DNA of 59,815 bases, filler included, from Squatina squatina (Eukaryota), in assembly GCA_031763465.1 (NCBI GenBank). It is 4 parts of 4 records of this genome, joined end to end, with 100 filler letters (N's around TTAATTAATTAA, not from the genome) between each part and the next. Parts side by side here need not be neighbours in the genome. Positions count along the whole stretch, not along the records: positions 46,749 to 59,815 come from JARFOE010000192.1; 3 more parts are not named here. One strand, given 5' to 3'. Positions within the stretch are counted from its first letter, which is position 1, and each line of letters begins with the position of its first letter. Positions 50,896 through 59,815 of the stretch are shown here, one piece after another. The notes under the pieces are model-generated. The model had not been told where the DNA came from. It searched no databases and worked only from the letters and a program-made list of their open reading frames with translations. The position numbers and the translations under genes are program-made.

Positions 50896-52023
50896 ATTGG
50901 ACTGGGGTATAGGGAGTAAACTTTTGAAGTTGCGAATGATACAAAGTTTGGCAACACAGTAAATCGTGAACAGGGTCGTAGCAGACTTCAGGAGGACAGA
51001 CTGGTGAAATGGGCAGACACATGGCAGATGCAATCTAATGGGGATAAACCTTATTGAATCTCTATAAAGACCTTGATTAGATCAGCCCCTCAACCTTCTA
51101 ATCTCGAGGGGAAACAAACCAGATTTATTGTTAAAATAGAAGCTCCAGTGAGTGATATACTTTAACAGAATTCAATAACATGGTCATTCTTAGATTGTTA
51201 TATTAGAATGTGTTTTCAGATAAAGATTTTTGTATCTCAAGAATTTTAGTCTGCAGTTAACCTTCTTCAGCAGTAGAAGTGAAATAAGATGTCCACTTCA
51301 TAGAATCCACATGGTCACTCAAACAAAGGAAGGTGGGCTTACTGTGGGGCACATCTTCCTGTGTCTTCACTCAAGATGCCCCATGCCACCAAACAGCTCA
51401 AGGACAGTGAACACAAACCTAAATTTCAACTAAACTAACCCCAAAATACTCAGTTCCATCATACAGTCCCAGATCCCTGTTTTGCTTGTCTCAGACTCAG
51501 CTTTGTATGGCACAGTGGAATTACCCAATCTAGAAGAAATCCAAAATCCAAGCTAGCTAGAAGCACTTTCACTTGTATTAAATGTTTATTTGTACCACTG
51601 ATTTAAACACCAATGTTAGTAGTAGATTCTATTGGGCTCTGGATACAATAGACTTGGATTAGTTTAGATTGAACTGAAATGATCTGAATATAAATTGAGG
51701 TTGGCTTAGTTATAAACACAAGAGCTGAGTAGCAAACAAAATCATCATGACTATAGATGAAGGTGTAAGTGTCAAGTAAACTCGTGCAAAGTAATCACTG
51801 TATTGCTGGTCTTGTCATCAGGCCAATATTCATTGGGAACAGAGCAATGTTGTTTGGCAGAGTCTCTTTTTGTTTTATTCTCAAGACATAAAACAAAACA
51901 ATAAATCCTCTGTGTATCATAGTTATCAAAATAATAGGATCTGGAAATCCAGTGAACTTGGCTTTTTACAATTGACTGAAGATTAAATCTGCGTGATTCA
52001 CCCAAGCTTGATTAATTACTTAC

Positions 52024-52223
52024 TGCAGATGACTGGATGCTCATCAGAATGATCAGCACAGTCATTGGTGAAGTCACAGNNNNNNNNNNTTGTTGGCAAA
52101 TGAATACTCATCAGATTTGCACTGTCTGTCTGGGATCAGAAGAGGAGCACAATTTTCAAAGGACATGTCATCGACTGCAATATCACCCATGTAACTCACA
52201 CCTCGCTTGGCTCTTAAGAAAAC
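52024..52223 (-). CDS. MALRD1: MALRD1-like exon (end of MAM plus LDLa), with a 10-N gap inside
   Basis: tttacag|GTT...TGCA|gtaagt. Translates to VFLRAKRGVSYMGDIAVDDMSFENCAPLLIPDRQCKSDEYSFAN[gap]CDFTNDCADHSDEHPVIC, which matches MALRD1 RAKRGISYIGDVAVDDISF. Confidence 0.87.
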
Positions 52224-52479
52224 CTGTAAAGATTTAACAAACATTCAGGTATTATTTTAATCCACTGCTTATTCATGATGACATATAAGATGCCTGTATT
52301 AAATTCATTTTGTTTTTTTTTCTTTCAAAACACATAGGCTATGTTTACTATTGGCAACTGTATTGCGCACTTTTTCTTCCCCCGGTATTTGCCTCTTTTC
52401 TGCTTCATCTTCAGCAAGCGCTGGCAACCTTCGGGTTCATTGGGTGGTCAGAAGCTTAATGGGAATGGGGTTGAGGAAG

Positions 52480-53560
52480 CATGAGGTCGATTTCCTTAGT
52501 GAGGAAATGGGGAGGGGGGATATGGGAGAAAAACTAGGGAGAGATGAGTGTTCAGGGCTATGTGGTGGAGGGGGTGGTTTTGCCATGTGGACAATGGGAA
52601 GAGGAGGAAGCAGCTAAATCAACTTGGTGACAAATAAGTCATGAGCTCTTTGCGCTGTTAGAGGTAAGGGTGGAAGGAGCAGGAGAGAGGCACTAAAGGA
52701 AGTATTTAGGAAGAAGTTAGCTGTGCTCTCCAAGGTGATCCTGGAGAAGTGGGTGGTTTTGGCAGGGGAGAGTGTGACCTGGTAAAGCTTCATGTGATTC
52801 AGCCAGATCTGGCAATGGATGTCTCAGCCCGTTGTATACCAGATACCCTCAAGGACTTGAGTTTGTGAAGATGGCAGCTGTATCTCAAGAACAACTGTGA
52901 TGGGAGAAAGTGAAGGTTTTGCTGGAACAATGGCATCGAAGGTGGAGGTCAGGGAGTGGATATGTAAATCAACTATTGTGGCAAATGGAGGGCCAAAGCT
53001 AGGCAATTGGGAGGTTGAAAGTACAGTTATAAATGACATGGGGGAGAATTATTTTCCAGGGGAAGACATAGATTGGAAGGGGATAGGAGGATGTGGGTGG
53101 TGAGAGATACAAGGTAATGGTCAAAGATGACTTTGTCATTGATGGAGACCACGAGAATAGAGAGGTTATGGGAGGTGGTGGGATTAAGGAAGTGGTCAAT
53201 GATATGGATAGATGTATTTTAAATGGGAGGAGTGGATTAGGGAGAGGAGGGCAGTGAATTCAAAGGAAAGAGCTGAGATGAGGAGTTGCTCAGTGCAGAG
53301 GCCGAGGAAGGAAGATAACCTGGGGAGGAACTCAGGATGAGGCTTGGTGGGTAGTAGACAATGAGGATTTTAAAAGAGTGGCAAAAGGAATGGGACCTTT
53401 ATTACTGTGGCCTGTACAAGAAGAATGGCCAGGTGATCAAGGTACCACAGAGCACTTTCACAGATCCCGGGGACTGTACTCCAGCTTTAGGGGAGGGGTG
53501 TGTGAAGAAAATTGCCATAAAAAAGTAGGTAAAGAAGCAATTTTGGGTCTATCCAAGTCT
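52480..53560 (-). mobile_element. Old L2-type LINE ORF2 (endonuclease region), degenerate
   Basis: Purine-rich plus strand with decayed motifs (FKILIVYYPP..., HQIWLNHMKLYQV) on the minus strand and many stops. Confidence 0.55.
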
Positions 53561-53975
53561 GTGTCCAGGCATATAATTTTAACTTGGTTCCACCAAACTA
53601 TCAACACTTGTATTTTCGTTAGCCCATGATAATTGCACTCTGATAAAGTTTCTAATGGATTAACTATGTATCAACGAACTAGCCATTAGAAAGCAAAGCG
53701 ATATTTCACAGCCTTTCCATCTAATGTATCTTAGTTTGTTAAAGTTCCTTTAAAATTCAATCTGAATGCTGTGAATGTGATGTTTGATCATTGATTACTT
53801 TAAATGGTAATTCAGCTCTAAATTGCTATTGCAAGAAAATAAGGGCGCCCAATTCGTGTTTTGGGCGTTGGTAGCNNNNNNNNNNNNNNNNNNNNNNNNN
53901 NNNNNNNNNNNNNNNNNNNNNNNNNNNNNNNNNNNNNNNNNNNNNNNNNNNNNNNNNNNNNNNNNNNNNNNNNNN

Positions 53976-54215
53976 TTTCCCTGCTCCGGAGGGTGGTGGG
54001 TGTCTGGAATTTGCGGCCCAAATTGGTGGTGGAGGCAGAAAACCTCAACTCTTTTAAAAGGTACCTGTACCTGCATCTAAAGTGCTGTAAGCTGCAGGGC
54101 TACCGACCGGGTGCTGGAAGGTGGGATTAGAATGGGTACGTAGTTGTTCTTTGAGCCGGCACGGACACGATGGGCCAAATGGCCCCCTTCTGTGCTGTAT
54201 CTTTTGCATGATTCT
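53976..54215 (+). mobile_element. CR1 LINE 3' end
   Basis: RRVVGVWNL...VVEAENLNSFKRYL, then a 3' UTR with GATGGGCCAAATGGCC...GTGCTGTA and an ATTCTA-type tail. Confidence 0.8.
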
Positions 54216-56244
54216 ATTCCAGATACTTGTCGATACTGTGCGTATTGAATCATTTGATCATATCTTGACAGATAATCATGTATGCGATACACCATTACAG
54301 GACACTGTTAGAAATAGTTGGAAAGGGATCAATAATGATAGATTAAGATCAGGTAGCATTTGAGCAACTGACAATGGAAAGAGCTGCTGATATACTTATC
54401 AAAATTACTAATGAATGAAGCAATTTTCTTTTCTTTGTTTAAGATGGCACTTTGTAAATGACACTACAGAACTCCATTTGTTCCCTTCAGGCAAGATTAA
54501 GGAGGGAATGTACAAATGCAATTGACCTGAAAATGTATGTGCCCGGGGATTTTTAATAGTAGTTAGGTAAGAAAGATTTGCATTTATGTAGCATCTTATC
54601 ATGTCATCAGGATGCCCAAAGTGCTTCACAATCAATTAATTACTTTTGTCGTTGTTATGTGGGCAAGCAGTGCAGTGAATTTGCACATAACAAGGTCCTG
54701 CAGCTAACAAAAAATAGATTACATGACTGAATTGCCCTCCAATTGCACAGTACAACAAGTTACTGCTAAACTGAAGTTACCAGGTATTTCCCGTGTGAAA
54801 TGTATTTTAAAAGCATATTAATAATGTGCACAGATTTGAAAATTAAGGAATTAGTTAGATCAGTAAGATTAACAGGATTTACTCAGGTTTATCTTGTAGT
54901 TACTGTGGATGTCCTTTACCCTTGATGTATTTTTTCTAAGGGGAAAGGGCATGCGTAATCATACAGCTATTCACACTGAAATAATAAGACATTGAGCCAC
55001 AATTTGCTATTACTGGAACAAAGGCAATTTCAAATAAATCTAATCGGGAGCAGACTGACTCAGTTCAAAGAAACATTAAAGCTGAGTTTCTGCTCACATC
55101 CTGACACATTCCAAGAAACCTTCTCACCTCATGCTCCCAGGTCCAAACATCCTATTACCAATCACTGGTCATCCATTGCTACCTCATCCCAATACCCCCT
55201 GCCATTGCTACACAATTCTATGACCTCCCCTCCCACACATCGGGACTCCCATCCCACTTCTATCCACGAGGGTCTACCTCAAATTCCCACAGCTCAGATC
55301 TTCAGTACGACTACATTCCACAATCTCATTCCCAGTACTACCGCATCACAAAATAACCTCCAGTATTGCTGAATCCCACAAATCCACACTCTTTTCTCCT
55401 ACATCCTGACACCACCCTCCCAAAACTACCTCACCTCACCCACTAATTGTCTACCTGTGACCCAGACAAGTTTATTTCACTTTACTCCGTACCTTTACCC
55501 ATGCCATTTTCTCCTTCATCACCACTCTAACCTCTTCACATTTGCATCTCATAACTTCTTTTGCACACACATCAGACCCTAAACTTCCTTGTTCTAACAA
55601 TTGCTCTAACGCGTATTGGGAGAAAAGGATGTAGCACGTCAATATTTCAAAACTCCAGTATTGAAGCACAAGTGAGAGAGGATATAAAAAAGGAAAGTGC
55701 AGACACAGAATCACTTTAGGTAGAATTTATAGACAGTAACAGAGGTAAGCTATAGAACCCCAGGAGTAGGGTGACAGCCCTGATCAGGAACGGTGGGGTG
55801 AAATAAGAAAGGCAAATAGTAAGGGCCGATAGTTATTTAAGATTTTAACTTAACAGAAATTGGCTATGACAGTGGTGTCTCTACTGGTAAGGTACGGAAA
55901 GGATTTCGAGAGTTAATGGAAGACTGTTTTATGGCTCCATTTGTAAAAGAGCCAACCAGGAGAGACAACATCTTGGATTNNNNNNNNNNNNNNNNNNNNN
56001 NNNNNNNNNNNNNNNNNNNNNNNNNNNNNNNNNNNNNNNNNNNNNNNNNNNNNNNNNNNNNNNNNNNNNNNNNNNNNNNTAGCACTTCAGCCAAGATTAA
56101 TTATCATTGTTAGCAAATAGTGATTGAGCTAACGAATGATAAATCTGGACATTTATGTATATGTATGTAAAATAATTTATACAAATATTCTTTTCAAGTT
56201 AAACTTGGATGAGCTAACAACATCCATTCTCAAGTTCCACTTAC

Positions 56245-56612
56245 CACAGTTGTCTTCATCAGACCCATCACCGCAGTCATCCACGAGGTCACATACTTGT
56301 AGCCGGTCAATGCAAGCTCTGGTTTCTTCACACCAAAACCGCTTTGCGCCTTCGCAGTTCTCTACAGCTTGTGGGAGGGAGCAGTTGGCAAACACAATGT
56401 CATCCACCGCTGCCACACCATCATAGATGCTCAGGCTGACTTTCACCAGTGTAAGATGGAAGGGTCGAGTTAGACGCCCAAGTTGCACTGAGCCTTGCAG
56501 CCACTGATTGTTTTGAGTGTTGTAAGTCCGCCAGACCACAGTGTGACTTTGGACCCCCTCAACCTCCAGGTACATTTTTGCTGCTCCTGCAGCCTGTCCA
56601 TAATTATAGTAC
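56245..56612 (-). CDS. MALRD1: MALRD1-like exon (MAM C-terminal half plus LDLa)
   Basis: ctacag|G TAC...TGT G|gtaag, 368 nt, open frame. Translates to YYNYGQAAGAAKMYLE...QLGRLTRPFHLTLVKVSLSIYDGVAAVDDIVFANC...FWCEETRACIDRLQVCDLVDDCGDGSDEDNC, a strong match to MALRD1. Confidence 0.92.
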
Positions 56613-57089
56613 CTGTAGCAGATATAAAATGGCAGATAATTTGTTCAGACATTAAACATGTTCAAAAAGCAACCACTTAGCAGCGGCTAAAGTATCACAT
56701 TAGGATTAAAGTCAGTTAAAAAAAAAGTATTTGGGAGAAATATCTGTTTAAAATTATAGTAATTACCATGCAATTTTAACCTACATTTTGTTCCAGTGAA
56801 TAAAAGGATACATATTTCAGGTGAAGCTGGGACTGGGCCAGTGAAAAAATTACCCTTAAAGCTTCTCCTTCCTACTATAGATTTGTTAATGACGTGTATA
56901 AAATGAGCTCAAAATGTATAGGGCATTAGTACAAGTACCAACAACTTTAACAAATGATCTTAAAGTGCATTAGATGGATCTGCTACTTTNNNNNNNNNNN
57001 NNNNNNNNNNNNNNNNNNNNNNNNNNNNNNNNNNNNNNNNNNNNNNNNNNNNNNNNNNNNNNNNNNNNNNNNNNNNNNNNNNNNNNNNN

Positions 57090-57280
57090 GGGCTGTGGAT
57101 GCTCATTTGGTGAGTATATTCAAGACAGAGATCGATAGATTTTAGACTCTAAGGGAATCAAGGGATATGGGGATTGGGTGAGAAAGTGGAGTTGAGGTAG
57201 AAGATTGGCTATGATCTTATTGAATGGTGGAGCAGACTCAAGGGGCCGTATGGCCTACTCCTACTTCTTCTGTTCTTATA
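57090..57280 (+). mobile_element. CR1 LINE 3' end
   Basis: AVDAHLVSIFKTEIDRF and a 3' UTR TGAATGGTGGAGCAGACTCAAGGGGCCGTATGGCCTACTCCT. Confidence 0.8.
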
Positions 57281-57534
57281 AAATACTCTTGAAAATCTAT
57301 CCCCTTAACCATGCTTTTAGTTCCCTTTCTCTTTAATATTCCCATCACTGCACCCTCCCCACCCCACCTCCAGCTTTCCATTCTTCTCTCTTCCTTTTAA
57401 ATTACTCTGAAACATTCTACAATACTGGTAGGTCAGACATTTACAATGATCATGTTGATATGACTGGCAAGCTTTTGGGCTCAGTTTCCTGTTACATGTC
57501 AGTGAGCAACAAAGAGATAGCAGTGAGTACTCAC

Positions 57535-57681
57535 CTTGGTTGGTATTAGTTGTGTGGTCTGTAATAGGTAATCCTGACCCTGAGGATGTTTGGGCCTGTC
57601 CTCTAACCCACACAGAACCATCTGAGTTCAGCTGCTTCCAGTCACAGAAACTGGACTCAAAGCTGCACAAGCTATAATTTG
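57535..57681 (-). CDS. MALRD1: MALRD1-like exon (start of a MAM domain)
   Basis: ttccag|CA AAT...CAAG|gtgagt, 147 nt. Translates to NYSLCSFESSFCDWKQLNSDGSVWVRGQAQTSSGSGLPITDHTTNTNQ. Confidence 0.88.
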
Positions 57682-58253
57682 CTGGAAAACAAAAAGCAAA
57701 AGAATGGAACAGTGTTAACGTATTCAGAGAGCTTCTCAGCGTTGCATGGAAGAGGTCTCCACCTTCCCTTTTATGGTACACTGTAAAAATGATGGACCAN
57801 NNNNNNNNNNNNNNNNNNNNNNNNNNNNNNNNNNNNNNNNNNNNNNNNNNNNNNNNNNNNNNNNNNNNNNNNNNNNNNNNNNNNNNNNNNNNNNNNNNNT
57901 CAGTAATAATTTAATCCCTGATACTTTTCTCTGTACAATACTTCTGACAAATTCATAAAAAGCATTTATGAGCAACAGATTTATGAATGGATGAATGTAC
58001 AGAGAAAAATCAGGAAAGGGCTGCATATAATTTTCACTATGCGCTCATGGAGAATATTTGCCTTCAAATGTTTCCATGGATAGAGGACTGCATAATTCAG
58101 AGATGGAAATGTAATCAGTACTTTTTAAGATTTTTCCTACATTCATCCTAACAATCCTGGAAAAGCATTCAAACACACTTTCATGGGTTGAAATGTTAAA
58201 ACCAACACAAAGCAAAAATGTAATATTTGACCAAAGAAAAACAAGTGACCTAC

Positions 58254-58461
58254 AGCAGACAGCTTTTTCTTCATCTGCACCATCACAGCAGTCAGCCTGG
58301 AAGTTGCAAACTGAATTCATAGGAATGCAGTGACCTGTTCCACAAGTGAATGTTGAAGGTGGGCAGGATTCTGGTAAAAGTGCCTCTTCACAGTCGTTGA
58401 ATCGCAAACTATCCACGGCCAAGAACCCTACTTTGCTTTTAATAGCACCTACAAATGTAAC
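58254..58461 (-). CDS. MALRD1: MALRD1-like exon (end of MAM plus LDLa)
   Basis: ctacag|GTT...TGC T|gtagg, 208 nt. Translates to VTFVGAIKSKVGFLAVDSLRFNDCEE...CPPSTFTCGTGHCIPMNSVCNFQADCCDGADEEKAVC. The phase joins the next exon. Confidence 0.88.
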
Positions 58462-59195
58462 CTGTAGAAACAGAGGGACATTAATCAGAAACTGAGTAAA
58501 ACATGACATTTACGTTACACTGAAGCATAAGAACATAACTAGTTTTTAGTGACTGAAGGACTGAAATTCTATGGCTTATCCAGTGCACTCGCACTGTAAG
58601 ACCAGACTGAATGCCTGGAAATTAGGCCAAGAATCACAATATCTGGGCCCAATCAATTTCCACTGGGCCTTGTTTGGGGCAAACTCTTTCCGGGTATGTC
58701 TTCTGAATTTAATTTCTTCCTTTGTTAACTTCTAAAAAGTATCATACACACCTCCCCGCACCTGAGAGCTCTTCCACCCAGAAGGACAAGACCAGCAATT
58801 TCAATGGGAACATCATTGGTCTTAAGTTGCCCAGCAAGTCAGATGTTATCCTGATTTGGAAATATGCAACCTACATTTTTTATATCGGGCACATTGGTGT
58901 TAATGTGTGGCGCTAATGTGGTTAGCCTGTCTTCACGAGATGGATGGTAAAATGAGTAACGCTTTTTAAACATTAAACTGACATTCCCGATAATCACCAG
59001 TAAACAAAGTAAACCACACTTGTTTAAAAAAAGTCAAAAAACTGCAACTTCACAATTCATGAAGACCATTGTAAAGCTATGTTATCATATACCTCNNNNN
59101 NNNNNNNNNNNNNNNNNNNNNNNNNNNNNNNNNNNNNNNNNNNNNNNNNNNNNNNNNNNNNNNNNNNNNNNNNNNNNNNNNNNNNNNNNNNNNNN

Positions 59196-59415
59196 CGCTA
59201 TACTCAAGTGTGGTCTATGTAACCTGTCCTCCTAAGTTAACCCTTTTAGCCCAGGCATCATTCTGGTAAATCTGTGCTGCGCCCCCTCTAAGGCCAATAT
59301 ACCTTCCCTGAGATATAATGCCCAGAACTGACGCAGTACTCTAAATGGGGTCTAACTAGAGCTTTATATGACTGTAATGTAACATTCACTCCTTTGTATT
59401 CTAGTCCCCTTTGAG
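59196..59415 (-). mobile_element. CR1 RT fragment
   Basis: The minus strand reads [42 protein letters not shown]. Confidence 0.75.
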
Positions 59416-59815
59416 ATGTTGGGTTTCCAGTTTTAAGATTCATGTCAATGCTAAAATGCTAACAGATGTTAATTACAATGGAATGGAAAGTGTACGAGAA
59501 ATGCATAACAGAATGCACTAAGTGCACACAATCAAGCAGCAACATCAAACTTTTAGCACTGTAAATATTTCTATGACTAAATTAAGACTACCTGAAATTG
59601 ACTCAGGCATGAAAGCAGCCGCACTTCCCCTTTGTTCCATTGGTTTCCGGTTGGTGTCTGTTCTTCCCACAATATTATTTCTCCCTGGAGGTTACAGCAT
59701 GAAAATATTTGAAATCAAAGTAATGGCATATTATTAAACATGAGGTTAATTCACATTTTCTTCAGCCTTGCTCTGCTAGCTTGCCAATCAGTTTTATTAT
59801 TTTTATATCTACATG

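Noticed and set aside
53649-53692. Hairpin TTTCTAATGG...CCATTAGAAA
   Set aside because: A 10-bp stem in AT-rich DNA is compatible with chance, and intrinsic terminators are not relevant in this genome.

Overview
This is vertebrate genomic DNA. The repeat content (CR1, L2, RTE, Deu-domain SINEs, PIF/Harbinger MITEs) points to a cartilaginous fish such as a shark or ray. It comes from a fragmented assembly in which short contigs are joined by 100-N placeholders. Three artificial N44-TTAATTAATTAA-N44 linkers split the window into four unrelated scaffolds. Scaffold 1 (1-17330) has the EGR3 promoter (ETS+CArG, CRE, TATA), EGR3 exon 1 and one BIN3 exon, in human-like synteny. Scaffold 2 (17431-33989) has three 3' exons of a CEP170-like gene and one exon of a PLD5-like phospholipase D with a degenerate HKD motif. 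Scaffold 3 (34090-46648) has an LRBA BEACH-domain exon and the last exon of CPPED1. Scaffold 4 (46749-59815) has six colinear MALRD1-like exons. The most striking signal is the last MALRD1-like exon, which runs directly into a 5'-truncated CR1 LINE and meets a premature TAA; a conserved LDLa cysteine is also lost, so this is a candidate gene inactivation. Other candidates are a possible extra CEP170/PLD ohnolog pair, a recursive-splice or poison-exon site in LRBA orientation, a 63-nt near-perfect palindrome and a Harbinger MITE nested in a CR1 RT. I found no CRISPR array, RNA gene or prokaryote-type system. Gene identities come from my recollection of vertebrate protein sequences, not from database searches, and distances across N gaps are not real.
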